This document shows, one piece after another, positions 1-12,948 of a stretch of 64,000 nt of DNA (position 1 is its first letter; each line of letters opens with the position of its first letter). Origin of the DNA: Eledone cirrhosa. Taxonomy: Eukaryota. Location of the stretch: contig OZ024741.1 of the NCBI GenBank assembly GCA_964016885.1, positions 334,614,001-334,678,000 on the forward strand, read 5' to 3'. The notes under the pieces were generated by a model. The model saw only the letters and a list, made by a program, of their open reading frames with translations. It had not been told where the DNA came from and searched no databases. The translations under genes were made by a program, and so were the position numbers.

Positions 1-70
1 TGGACCGGCACAACCTAGTGTCTTGCTATATTCATACACACCAGTATACGGTTATAAGTGGTGACCCCGA
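1..70 (+). mobile_element. End of an LTR followed by a tRNA-Trp-type primer-binding site (Gypsy/CsRn1-like relic)
   Basis: TGGTGACCCCGA at ~59-70 is complementary to the 3' end of tRNA-Trp; a similar PBS occurs at 44473. Confidence 0.4.
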
Positions 71-948
71 AAAAAGAAAAGAATAATAGGAATTGGTGTT
101 GTGTGAATATATATAAAAAAATTAATTAGCAGTACCCCATTTTCGTTGGAAGGTGTCGACCAAAATCTTTCAAAATGGCTGCCAACGACCTGTTGCACTA
201 ACATTTTCGCGCCATTTTCTCGCGCAATAGAATTTTTTTTTTTCAACCCGACTTTAACCTTGTTTCGGCACGTGTGGGGAGCACACATCTCGACTCACTG
301 AGATAACACACGCCATAGATAATGTTTCTTGACAAGGATTCTCCAGCCTTAAACTATATTCTCCTATTTGCCGGTTTAAAAATTTACCACGTAAATTTGC
401 CGTTGAAAACTGCGCATTTATTCAGAATGCTTATTTCTATGGTCGCTGGCCTTTTGACCCTCCCAGGTCAACGCATTCTCAACATCGACCATCAACTTTG
501 GCTGTTATTTCTAGCACTTTGCGCAACTCCTTTTTTCTGGGAAATTTTTACTGTGAATTTAAACAACATCGAATACGCTCACTCCGCGAGACAACAACAC
601 AGCTTCATCTTTACTTTAGACAACAGCAACAACCAAAACCAGCAGAACAAGACCCAATTTATAACTTGATAGAGCATCCAGCCCCATATTTACATCCCCC
701 TTCCCACACATGCACACATGCTTACATCTCCACTTATTCTCTCTCACACACACACACATACTTACACCTTTACGCATTCTCCCACACACTTAAACAGGCA
801 TGTACAAAAAAACCCTTTTAAAGGGAGACTACTCTTTATCCACCTAACCTTAACTCTTTGATATTAGAGATAGAACAGATACTCTATACCATTTCCTGTC
901 AGCATGTCTTGGCAAGCTATTTAGAACACTGGTTTAACCGCTTTACTT

Positions 949-985
949 CCCCCCGAAGAAGAGATATTATCTCGAAAATTAAGGA
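949..985 (+). ncRNA. Degenerate minimal hammerhead-like motif ending a probable Penelope-like remnant (~300-1020)
   Basis: CCGAAGA-A-GAGAT(att)ATCTC-GAAA-ATTA; helix II is perfect but helix I pairs poorly. Confidence 0.3.
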
Positions 986-1020
986 CATTTAAATAAATCT
1001 AAGGTAAAAGATCTGTCAAC

Positions 1021-1905
1021 AATATATTTCTTTAATGGAATATATACAGTGAAGATTAATTATATTATAAGGTATCCATTTTTGAAGTTCTGGTCAACTT
1101 TATTTAGTTACCTACCTAGCTATGTGTGGTTACACACTTGTAAAAATTATCTCCTGTGATTATTCATGTTTATATATATGTTAATCAATTTCTAGTTATT
1201 ATAAAATGCTCCGACCTACTCGTTAGAACCTTAGAGATTATTTTCCGGGTGATCTGGCGCATGTCTTTCTGGCATGACACCCATCATTTTGATTTAGATT
1301 AAATTCATTTAATTTATCTTAATTTTGGATATAGATATATAAATACGGCTCCTTAATTGTAGAGCTAACCCTGTTGAAAGGACTGGACTGCTGTTTCTAG
1401 TTGTCGATAACCCTATTCACGCCACTGGGACGAAGCTACTATGATGTGTGTATTTCTAGTAAATACTACACGTGGTGATAGTCAGTCGCAGATTTGAACT
1501 TGAAGTGTAAGCTCGGATAGCTGGAAATTTCTTCCTTGTTGAAAATCCAAATCCCCACTTCCGTGGTTTACCATCCGATTAATTGGTGAAATATATTTCT
1601 TTAATGGAATATATACAGGGAAGATTAATCATATTATAAGGTATCAATTTTGAAGTTCTGGTCAACTTTATTTAGTTACCTACCTAGCTATGTGTGGTTA
1701 CACACTTGTAAAAATTATCTCCTGTGATTATTCATGTTTATATATATGTTAATCAATTTCTAGTTATTATAAAATGCTTGGACCTACTCGTTAGAATCTT
1801 AGACCTTATTTTCCGGGTGATATGGCGCATGTATTTCTGGCATGACGCCCATAATTTTGATTTAGATTAAATTCATTTAATTTATCTTAATTTTGGATAT
1901 ATATA
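1021..1905. repeat. ~320-bp direct repeat pair (1021-1340 and 1589-1905) with a ~250-bp spacer
   Basis: Both copies run from aatatatttctttaatggaatatataca to atttatcttaattttggatata with scattered substitutions. Confidence 0.9.
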
Positions 1906-1910
1906 TGTAT

Positions 1911-2018
1911 TCGCGCATGTGCACTACGGTCCGGCCTTCGCACATGCGCACTACGGTACAGCCTTCGCGCATGCGCACTATGGTCCAGCCTTCGCGCATG
2001 CGCACTACTGTCCAGCTC
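1911..2018. repeat. 27-bp tandem repeat x4, CpG-rich
   Basis: Consensus tcgcgcatgcgcactacggtccagcct; units start at 1911, 1938, 1965 and 1992. Confidence 0.9.
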
Positions 2019-2185
2019 GCGATGTCTCTCTCAATATATATATCTATGTATGAATAGATATATTTGTGTCTGTCCGTTAGTTGTATAATTGCATTTCAAG
2101 AATTATGAAGAATGTGTAAGTTACTTCATCCGGGGAGGATTAATAATAGCTTCACTAACTTCGGGTGACGATTTATGTGTGGTAT

Positions 2186-2219
<34 letters not shown>

Positions 2220-2595
2220 AGGTTTACATATATATATATATACATACATACATATACGTGTTTTGCAACGGGTCACTTTGTGGCTCAATGAAAAGTTAAT
2301 AAATTAAATAATCAGAGCTATATATCATAAAACATGTCTATAGAATCACCAGATAAAATATATACCATTTCCTCTCCCAGTTAGCATAATTAACTATATA
2401 AAAAATCGAATAGACCAGGCTATAAGAATAAGGCTTCTATGAAGAAATCTCCAACAAATAACCGAAACTAGCCCTTCGTGTCGGCCGCAACAGAATATTT
2501 ATCGAATATTTCGACAGCGTAATCGCCCAGATACAGTCAATTAAACAGAATTAGGTGTAAAATAAACTAGGAGAAAATAGAATACATTTATTTAC

Positions 2596-2667
2596 CTCTA
2601 CCATGGTTTCGTCCGCATTTTGAGATTTCCAATAACTTTGGAACTCGAGCATCGGACTCATCAGGAG
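2596..2667 (-). ncRNA. Type I hammerhead ribozyme, canonical core
   Basis: Minus strand: CTC-CTGATGA-GTCCG...CGGAC-GAAAC-CATG-GTA-GAG; helix III is the palindrome ACCATGGT. Confidence 0.85.
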
Positions 2668-2983
2668 TTTGCTCTGATCTAGACATTAAATTTTCCAAAG
2701 TGATCGCGCCAAGAATTCAATCAAAAATGGCTAAGAATCGTGACGTAGCAGCGTATGTATATATATATATATATATGTAAACCTTTATATGTAATAATCT
2801 CCCATTAGGTTGAGATACAAATTTGGCTGTATTGTGCTGTGCTTTCTAGCAAAAAGCCACCAGCCGTAAGCAACTACCACACCCCTTCCAACCTGACCGC
2901 TGCTACGTCACGATTCTTAGCCATTTTTGAATGAATTCTTGGCGCTATCACTTTGGAAAATTTAATGCCTAGATCAGAGCAAA

Positions 2984-3055
2984 CTCCTGATGAGTCCGAT
3001 GCTCGAGTTCCAAAGTTATTGGAAATCTCAAAATGCGGACGAAACTATGGTAGAG
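2984..3055 (+). ncRNA. Type I hammerhead ribozyme, canonical core
   Basis: CTC-CTGATGA-GTCCG...CGGAC-GAAAC-TATG-GTA-GAG; helix II is extended by TTCCAA/TTGGAA. Confidence 0.85.
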
Positions 3056-4719
3056 CTAAATAAATGTATTCTATTTTCTCCTAGTTTATTTTACACCTAA
3101 TTCTGTTTAATTGACTGTATCTGGGCGATTACGCTGTCGAAATATACGATAAATATTCCGACGCGAAGGGCTAGTTTCGGTTATTTGTTGGAGATTTCTT
3201 CATGGAAGCCTTATTCTTATAGCCTGGTTTATTCGATTTTTTATATAGTTAATTATGCTAATTGGGAGAGGAAATGGTATATATTTTATCTGGTGATTCT
3301 ATAGACATGTTTTATGATATATATATATGTGTGTGTGTGTGTGTATGTGTGCATCAGACATAATTTATATGATGTTACAGTTAAACTTATCTAACCAGGG
3401 ACGTGCAACAGTGCTTAATAAATATTAATGACCCTAATAGTTGTTCCACTGTTCAAAAGTGGCCTGCCAATGGAATATGCTGCACACCCTGATGTAATCT
3501 ACCACGCTTGACCAATTGCGGGTTAGTGAGGTTATTTAACCTATAGTTTTGATGGATAGCCATTGAGTCTGAGGAGTTCATCTGCCTTTTAATAGCTCGT
3601 CTTTTTGTGATGCTGGTTTTCCACTGACTCTCCTCACTAGACTACGGTCTGGTTAGGATGCCGGTTTAGTCATGGTACTATTAGCAGCAGAAATATATAC
3701 TTGCATATACGTACATATATACAAGGTTTTATTTTTATATTTCCCTTATTTTGTTTAGATCTACCGAGTTTAATTGTTAGGGGTAATAATTATTGAACAA
3801 ATATACAAACACGGACGTTCGAAGACAGTTTTTCCAATTTGATTCAAAGAAAACATCATTTGTGGCATATACGGAAAACGATAGTTCATCCTATTTAAAA
3901 ACAGTAGTTCATAAATTCAATACTTTAGATGATTAGTGTAGATTTAAATTAGTCATCAATACATGAATTAGCAATCTTTCGTTTGGCTGAATAAAATCTT
4001 GTGTAATTCTTTAAAAACACTTCTATATACAATATCTTCAATGTCAACAAAGATGAAAGAAACATTTTACATATGAAAATCAATATTAGTTTTGATTATC
4101 AAACGGTTAAAATTAATAAGTTCGCAATAATATATATTAGAAGGAACTTACTTTCGAAACAGGAGGGTCTATTCAGCGAAGCAACTATTCCGTGGCAAGA
4201 TTAGATAAATAGACAGTTGACTTCGAAGTTGAATTTATATTGTTGCAATGGACGAAAAATGTTGTTGAATATTCACATTTTCATGTGTATACATTCATAG
4301 TTCAGTGTTCACAAAATTTAACGCCATAAATCATTTGGTTACTATCTTAGTATGCTTTAAAAAAATTTCTGTTTGAAAATGTCTATCAGAACAGTTCAAT
4401 TTTTGCTTAGTTCATTCCGGTATCGAAAGATTTCATTCCTTCTATACATATATAAAACTGTTAAACTTAGTTCAAATCTTAATTGAGCTAAAAGATGTTT
4501 CAAACATATTTATGTAAAAGGAATTAAGCAATAAGTTGTCCGCGTTAAATTATTATTATTTTTTTTTAATGTAATTAAGTAAGAAAGTTATTATTATTTA
4601 AATTTTTAATTATTTAATTTTTTTTTTTTGTCTTGTGATAATAAGGCTTCACTGTAATATGGCTAATACTTGTTTTCTATTGATGTAGATTTTGTAAATA
4701 AATAATCATTGGAAAGGTT

Positions 4720-5031
4720 CAATGAATTCGTTTGTTCCTTCCCACATCCCGGGTGATACGGCGAAGGCGCGGGCCACTGGATCCGTTGTTGAACGGAATT
4801 AGATTCTAAAATACCAGGAGTGACCGTTAAGTTATTTATTTTCAGTCTGTGACATTAGAGGCATTTTGGGTAGCTGGACTGTTAACAATGAGGTTCTTTT
4901 CATTGTTGGTGGCTAGCTTCACCGACGTATCAGGTGATGCACGCGAAGGTGGTTGGTTATTCCAGCGATATGTTTTCGGTATCACCCGTGGCAATGCTGC
5001 CAGTGTGTTGGCTCGCATAAAAAATTATTAG
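4720..5031 (+). mobile_element. 3' relic of a CRE-like RLE non-LTR retrotransposon
   Basis: Translation ...SGDAREGGWLFQRYVFGITRGNAASVL matches the GD-R...L-QR...RGNAA C-terminus typical of CRE-clade proteins. Confidence 0.65.
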
Positions 5032-5297
5032 AGATTAACACTTCTTATGGTGTGTGATTGAGTGTGCGGGTCTTCTTCCACTTTACCCATCTTTCTAATA
5101 ATAATAACATTTTTCATTTACAGTTGTATAAATAACACTACAAATTGTTTACAATTCTTTCAGAATTAAAATATAAACATAAATATAAAAATATATGATA
5201 AATACAATTAACTATTACTCGAATTTTTACGGGTACAGTTAGTAACATATACATGTCATAAAGATTAAAATATATTTTGTAATTTACGTTATTAATA

Positions 5298-6300
5298 ATT
5301 GTTTCTACTTTTTTTGGCACAAAGCCAGCAATTATCCCAGTACATTACTGGTACTTTATTTTATCGACCCTGTAAGGATAAAAGGCAAAGTTAACCTCGG
5401 CGGGATTTGAACTCAGACCGTAAAGGGCTGCAACCCTATGCTGCAAAGCATTGCGTCCGACTCTCTACCGATACTGCCAATCCGCAATAAAATCAGTTAT
5501 TAATTAGCCGATTAAAATGCGTTCTCTGAAGTGTATTTCTTAATTTATGTTGTTATAACTATTTCTAACACAAATTTAAAGTGTGTTTGCTATTTTGTGG
5601 ACACGAAACTAAGAAAACACACCGTCGTTTCCACTTTTGACACAAGGCCATCAATTCAAGTGGAAGGACAAAGTTGATTAAATCGATCCCAGTGTGTTAC
5701 TGACATTTTATTCATTCAACTCCACGAAGATGAAAGGCAAAGCTAACCTCGCCAGTATTTGAACTCACAATATAAAAGGCCGTAACTCTATGTCGCAAAA
5801 CCAACATCCCGCTCTAGTCATCATCATCATAATATAATAAAGGGAGGAGTGCGGGATTGTGTCCTGAATATATTTTTTTCATCCCGTTAATGAAATAAGT
5901 TGGATTACTTTGAATAAATAATTGTTTCTGCTATTGGCACTAGGCCATCAATTACCCATTACATCACTGGCACTTTAATTTATCGACCCCGTAAGGATGA
6001 AAGGCAAAGTTAACCTCGGTGGGATTTGAACTCAGAATGGCAAGGGCCGTAACACTATGCGTCAAATCAAGGCGTCCGAACCTCTACCGATACTGCCAAT
6101 CCACCGCTAATTTGAATAAATAATTGTTTCTACTTTAGGCACAAGGCCAGCAATTATCCAGTGCATTACTTGTACTTTATTTTATCGACCCCGTAAGGAT
6201 GAAAGGCAAAGTCAACTTCGGCGGGATTTGAACTCAGATCATAAAGGGACGTAACTATGCTGGAAAGCATGGCGTCCGACCCTCTACCGATACTGCCAAT
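5298..6300 (-). mobile_element. Cluster of four tRNA-derived SINEs of the dominant ~180-bp family (5298-5485, 5625-5815 degenerate, 5918-6108, 6120-6300)
   Basis: A/B-box-like head (ggcagtatcggtaga...gagttcaaatccc), core gcctttcatccttacggggtcgataaaataaagtaccag (resembles the MetaSINE domain, from memory), tail ccttgtgcc-aaagtagaaacaatt. Confidence 0.85.
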
Positions 6301-6383
6301 TGAATAAATAATGAATGAATATTACATAATTTAAGTACTAAATTTCGTAGCTGTTGATTAAACATAAATATTCTTATATATAA

Positions 6384-8027
6384 CTAGCAGATTTACCCGG
6401 CGTAGCTCGGGGTTTGAAATTATGCTAAGAATATTTGGAAGTAAAAGAAGAACATTATTTGTTAGGAAGTAAAAGAAGAACATTATTTGTCCCGAACCTG
6501 TCAAAATAAGCAGAAGTCTTCAATAATTAATGCAAACGAATATTTAATGCAATCTTTGTACACATAAAACTATGTTGATAATGAAGGAAAACACTGAACA
6601 GGATGTAGTTATACAAATGATTAAAGACAATACACGTTGCAAATCTGTAAAAAAAACAGGCAGTTTTGCTAAAGTACAAAAAGTTGTAATGAAAGCAGAG
6701 TTGTAAACAAAAAAACAATGAGAGTAGAATAAGAGAAAATCTATTCTTTGAGAGCATCCTTTGCTGTGTATGGTTACATTTTGAACTTATAATCCAAAAT
6801 ATCCTGCATGACATATTCATTGGTATGTTTTGTAATGAGTAAGGTGAAGTCAAGGCAGAGCTGTAATAAGTTTTTTTGTTAACACTAAAGCACTTCAGGA
6901 TAGACTATATTCTTTGTTTTTCTTTTCGAAACAAACGCAAAGAGATTATCTCTACTGCCAACTCGTGAGCAGGCAACGTATAATTGTCCGTGCGAAAAGC
7001 AAGGTTCATCCAAGTGAATTCCAGTGACGGACAGAGTTTGAAAAAGAAACACGAAGGGGAAATTGGGTTCGGCGAAAGAAGGGAGTATCCACGCCTGATG
7101 TAGTCAGGCTAATTTTTGTTAATATCACAAGATTTTTAACCACAAGACGTGTACCATTGCATAGTTTTGGAGGAGTGATATTTCTCAGCAAAATAATTGG
7201 CGTTCCCTCTTTCAGAACCAATGTATTAGGAGGTAAACCAGGAGGATTTAAAGAATTTAGAAATTCAACTGGATAATTGACCGCATCCTGTGGATCACAT
7301 ACAGTATCAATAGATTTATATATCCGTGGACATCCAGCAACCTCATGTTTGCCAACGCTTGCTGTGAATCCACCATCTTCGGGTCTTCTCCGGTGATATA
7401 GTGGGTATCCGTCGTGACCAGTCAGGGTCACAACATGGCTTATGAAAGTTTTAAAAATGTAAAAGTTGTAGGTTCCAATGGTTTGAATGGAAAGTCCCAT
7501 AACGATTGTTCAAAAAATAAACAAACCATCATCAAAATCTCGTCAATTCGAGACTGCTGCGAGATTAGGCCCTTAACGCGAAAATTAACACTTAACATAG
7601 TGAAACAAGTTAAAACAACGAGTGTTATTTTAACTTTGAAAGTGCAACAATTTTTTTACCGTGAAAATTAACACTTAATAAGTGCAACAAAGAATAAACA
7701 AGAAACAAACGATAATATTAATGATTTATCTTCAAATGAATCTGATGTTTATATTTGTCAATAAAGTTGGTTATCTCCCTTTTTTATAAGGATTGTCAAT
7801 AAAGTTGGTTATCTCCCTTACATCAATTTTGCTACCGATAATTTTGATATCGATTTTTTATTGCTCAACGTGGGTCGAGTTGAAAAATGTTTGTGATGTG
7901 ACCATCTTAGTGACTTGTGCAACGTGCACAGAAAATTTGGTCAAATTCTGTTGGTAATTGTAAAAGCCTTAGGTATCCAAAGTTGTACACATACACACAC
8001 ACATCCTCGCTTTTATATATATAAAGA
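6384..8027 (-). mobile_element. Internally deleted Helitron with Rep and PIF1-helicase fragments
   Basis: 5' TCTTTATATATATAAAA, 3' hairpin CCCGAGCTACGCCGGG plus CTAG, inserted at A|T. Peptides [10 protein letters not shown] (Rep), [28 protein letters not shown] and CFSHGQLYVACSRV (helicase). Confidence 0.9.
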
Positions 8028-8145
8028 TTGTTATACTTTTGGCACAAGGCCAGCAATTACCCAGTGCATTACTGGTACTTTATTTTATCGACCCCGTAAG
8101 GATGAAAGGCAAAGTTAAGCTCGGCGGGATTTATATTATATATTA

Positions 8146-8843
8146 TCTATATATATAAAACTGAGGATATCTGTCTGTGTGTGTGTGAGTTCGAATTGCA
8201 TAAAACTCGAGAACCACCCAACCGACTGATTTCAAACTTTACACATGTAATACTTATGTTTCAGGGAGTGTTCTGAGCAAAAGAAATTTCAAATGTTCAA
8301 TACCCTAGGGACCGCAATAGGCGATTTAGCGATCTCGCTCTATAATTCTTAATATTTTTATCTCCTAGAGCCCGCATTAGGTGAAAAACTGCGTTTTTAA
8401 AGATTTTTAGGGGTTTTTTGAGGCGTTACGTCTTACCGATTTCCTTGAAATTGTAACTATGTATTAGTCAGTCTCTTCTTCATACCGTAAGCAAAGAAAA
8501 TCCAACTTTTTTATGGCCTAGGGCCTGCATTAGGTGAAAAACTTCATTTTTTCAGCTTCTTAGGGCTTTTGGGAGGCGTTATGTCTAGCCGATTTTCCCG
8601 AAATTTAAAGGCATATTATGCACATAAAAAAATTAATTTTCTTGATCCTCTAGGGCCCGCATTAGGTGAAAACCTGCATTTTCCTTCTTCATCGAGGAAA
8701 ATCTTAAAGATTATCCAGCCATCAGAGTATTCGGTTTATTTTCTTTACATATTGTCCAACATGCAGTTTTTCCACAATTAGGTCTGTTGGTGGCCCGCAT
8801 TCCAAAATACCTTATCCCGTGCAACGCCGGGTACCACTGCTAG
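8146..8843 (+). mobile_element. Non-autonomous Helitron
   Basis: A|TCTATATATATAAAA...CCCGTGCAACGCCGGG...CTAG|T; internal repeats of ctagggcccgcattaggtgaaaa. Confidence 0.85.
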
Positions 8844-9219
8844 TATATTATATATTATATTATATATTATATATTATATATTATATTATATATTATATAT
8901 TATATTATATATTATATATTATATTACATATTATATGACGAAGAGTGGGTATATTAGTAAACTTGGAGGATCAATTGTGAGGTCAGCGATTTAGTCTAGA
9001 AACCTCTGACACACACACACACACACACACATATATTATAATATATAATTTAAAAAATTGATATATCTCTTTCTCACTTCCTCTTTTTAATTGTTTCTCT
9101 ATTTCTCTGAAAGAAATTGTTTGTGTTCAGACCTAGAAAGGAGATGGGTTCCACCAGGTTTGAAATGCTCAAGATATGCTATATGTTACAACAACCCCTA
9201 CAGTTCCATCTGTATTTAA

Positions 9220-9426
9220 CCCTTTAGCATTTACATTACTCTATATATACTACTGCATTTTTACAGTAAAGTCTTTATCCTACATAATTCTGTCAATATC
9301 AAAACTACAATATTTTGGTGTTATTTATTTTGAGAACAATAACTTAACACCACTGTGAGTGGCCAGTTTGAACAGAAAGAGGTGAGAGAATTCTGGCTGG
9401 ATACAGCTGGTTTAAATGCTAAAGGG
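9220..9426. mobile_element. piggyBac-type MITE
   Basis: 14-bp perfect TIR CCCTTTAGCATTTA with TTAA on both sides. Confidence 0.85.
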
Positions 9427-10468
9427 TTAAGGGTCAATGGTATGGTATACTCCTTAGACTACACGACTTACCATTCAACAGTTTTTAACTGGACTTTGCT
9501 ATGATTTTTTGCAGTTTGGGACAGTATTGCCTCCTTCTAGCAATGTAAAGCAACATTAATATTATTGCTGCCTAGGAATCTCTGGGTTAAAGTGCTCAAG
9601 ACATGCCATATGTCATGACAGTACCCTCATAACTCCACCAACAGTTATATGCCCATTCATAGATATATATATATATATACTTACAGACAAACATATGGTC
9701 CTGTCAAATCAACCCAGACTTTGCTCCATCATTTACTTCACATGACCTTCAAGTCACAACAATTTGGATTTCATGAACACAGCTAAATAAAATGCTAACA
9801 CCTAATACTTTCATCCTACAAACACACCTCTAAACAGTCTCTGTCTGTCTGTCTCTTTTTTTCTCTCTCTCTCTTTCCTTATTTCAATGACAGTCCATTC
9901 ATTCACAGTTTCAAAATCATACTGTCACTTTGCCTTTCATGACCATAAATAAATATAGTTTGATAGATCTTCTATAGAATTATGGAAATTTCAATTAATA
10001 TTATAGAAATTCCATACAAAGAGTTTGGCAAATGATAGAAAATATCAATTTATATTGAAATTACTGTCTTCAGAGTCAAATAAATCACAGCAATAGACTA
10101 ACCCCAAACAACAGAGATCAATTCATAAATTTATCAATATTTTTCTTCATTTCCCCTTGTCACTATTTCACACCACTGTTAAACTAGAGCCAAGCTTCCG
10201 GAAAGAAATTATTTCTAATACTTATTGTTTTGCTGTGTCTAAATTATTCCTAACAGCTATGCAGCTCTGCGATGATATACCACTGATCGAGATACATTTG
10301 TGGGGACTGACGTGTAGTCTTGGTGATCTTTTTAACCCTTTTAACATTCTGCAAAAATTCCTGTTCATGTTAACTCTTCCAGTATAAATAGTGAAAAGCA
10401 AAAGCAACAACAAACAAACAAAAACAAACACACAAAAGAAAACAGAAATAAAAAATAAAATAGCCTGT

Positions 10469-11055
10469 TTGGTAATATTCAATCTATTGAATTCCTATAA
10501 GTGATTCAGCCAGTTCTTGGGGTGCCACTCGAGACATTTGACTGTGTCCTTCATGGTGCTTTTTGGTAATATTCAATTTATAAAATTCCTGTAACTGGTG
10601 CAGCCAGTTCTAGAGGTGTCACACTAGATGTTTGGCTATGTATGTCCATCATGGTAGTTTTTGGTAATATTCTATCTATCAAAATCCTGTAACTGGTGCA
10701 GCCAGTTATTAGTATAATTCTAGATGCTTGGCTGTGTTTGTCCATCATGGTAGTTTTTTGGCAATGTTCTATCTATAAAATTCTTGTAATTGGTGCAGAC
10801 AGTCATTACAGTGCCATCCTAGACATTTGACTGTGCGTCTATTATTGTATATCAGTGGGCCTTAGAAATACTTGGTAGTTCCTATCTCCCTGTAATTGGT
10901 GCAGTCAGTTCTTGGGGTGCCACACTAGACATTTGACTGTGTGTTTCCATCATGGTATTTTTGGTAATACTCAATCTATAAAATTCTTGTAACTGGTCTT
11001 GCCAGTTGTTGGGGTGCCACTCTCGATGATTGACTGTGTGTCCATCGTGGTATTT
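10469..11055. repeat. Diverged minisatellite, ~92-110-bp period, ~6 units
   Basis: Recurring tttggtaatattcaatctataaaattcctgtaactggtgcagccagtt...tagacatttgactgtg. Confidence 0.8.
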
Positions 11056-11816
11056 TAATTAGCTTTAGAAATGCTTGATGCAGATTCGAGACTGAAATTT
11101 CAAAGTGTGTTTTTGCTATCGACCATGACATACGAATTAAAAACGTAAAATAGTTGTAAATAAATAGAAATAGTTAATATGCCTAATTGGCCAATTTATA
11201 TATGAGTGCCTGTAAATGATAATGGTGATGTGTGTTTATGTATATATCTTTTTAACGATATGTATTGGTTTGGAGGATTAAGTAACGATGACAAAACTAA
11301 GTTACACACTAAGTTATAGGTGGAAAATTGGTAGAGTTATTAACAACAGAGTTATTAACAACAGAGTTATTAACATGCTTTGTTGGTATGCATTCCAGCT
11401 CTCTGTTCTCTCAGTTCAAATCTTGCCACGGTCAACTTGGCCTTTCATCCTTTCAAGGCTGATAAAAAAATATACCAGTTCAGTATTGGGGTTGATTCTT
11501 CAAGAATATCTCTTTGTCACATCCCCTCTGTTTCCTTCTTGGGAAGAAATTGATTGTGTTTAGCCGTGGAGAGGGATGGCTCCGCTAGGTTTAAGAATAA
11601 GACTACAGAACTTTTATGTTAAGGGCCAGACTTTCACCTGCTGAGGCCCTATACATGATTATAGGGCAGGGGATTGCCAGTATCGGCAGAGTGTCGGACA
11701 GCATGCTTTATGGCATAGGGTTACGCCCCTTTATGATCTGAGTTCATATAAGGAATAAATAATATATATATATATATATATGTATATATTATTTTTGATG
11801 ATTTAGTGTTAAATAA

Positions 11817-12163
11817 TGCTTTCTTTATTAACCACAAGGCTTTACACAAAGTAAGACATTAAAGGACAATACAGGATAATACAGGACAATACAGGACGGT
11901 ACAAATGGGCATTTCTGTGTGTAAAAAAAAACAAAAACAGAGGATGTCACAAAAAAGGAACGATGAAAAATTCCCCAATAGGGGGGAGACTTCTGAGGGC
12001 CATCGTGGAGAAAGCCCATTAAAAAAAGCCACGGTGACCCTGACCACCAGGGCAAGTGCCCTCTCCCAGTTTTCCACCTTCAATTTACAGGCACATACTC
12101 AGAGTAGGCCCATTCACTCGATCCATTCTTGCCTCTCTCACCCATCTTTCAACAAAATGCTGG
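11817..12163 (-). mobile_element. 3' fragment of the Tx1-like LINE
   Basis: Reverse complement of the ORF2 end and 3' UTR at 31260-31577. Confidence 0.9.
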
Positions 12164-12769
12164 GAAATTAAATAATAAAAACTAATGATGAAATAAAAAT
12201 ATATTTTTAAAAAATGAGTCCCCCAAGTGGGTATGGTCCTAAGCTATAGCTTATTTACCTTATAGGTAAGTCCAGCACTGCTTATGTTACAACAGTCTAA
12301 GTGTGTGTCCATGAAACATACACCAGGTATGAACACAAAGGAACCAAACTCCCACTGTCAATGCCTGAGTCTCTCCCGCTCTCACCATTACAAACAAATG
12401 GGGTCCCATGCGTTGGCCACCCCTCGGCCTCGGCAGACAGAACAGAGAAGGTATTTCCCCAGGGGATAATGAGGGAGATGCGCTATACCAGGAGTTGCAG
12501 CTCCATATATGTACACTAAGTTACAGATGCTCCCTTATCACACTTTTCATCAGAAATATAGTGAACCAGTGATTGTCCTTTCTGACACATTTAATTAGAA
12601 ATATTATTGTTGACAAATAGCCATAAAAAAATGAAGATTACTTATTAAAATTAATGAATAGTTGTAAATTCATGGCATTTATTATTTTTTATTTTAAGGA
12701 GATTTTATATTCTGATGTTGATAATAAATAAAATCATCTGAACAGCAGCAATAATATTGTATTACTAAA

Positions 12770-12948
12770 GCTATCGGTAGAGGATTGGACACCATGCTTT
12801 GTAGCAAAGAGTTACAGTCCTTTATGGTCTAAATTCAAATCCCGCCGAGGTTAACTTTGCCTTTCATCCTTAAGGGGTCGATAAAATAAAGTACCAGTAA
12901 TACACTGGGATAATTGCTGGCCTTGTGCCAAAAGTAGAAACAATTATT
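12770..12948 (+). mobile_element. tRNA-derived SINE, dominant family (other copies 8028-8132, 11668-11746, 25559-25742, 31635-31853)
   Basis: Same head, core and tail as the 5298-6300 copies. Confidence 0.85.

Larger units (their letters stand above)
2320..3322. mobile_element. Inverted pair of a non-coding HHR-bearing element (Penelope-like pLTR or retrozyme)
   Basis: 2320-2753 is the reverse complement of 2898-3322 with few mismatches; each arm carries an HHR; the pair is flanked by (TA)n. Confidence 0.75.

Noticed and set aside
10257-10387. Possible host exon after cctaacag, or a C/D snoRNA (CGATGA...CTGA...CTGA)
   Set aside because: No recognisable protein or partner exons; imperfect C box, short span, no terminal stem or identifiable guide target.
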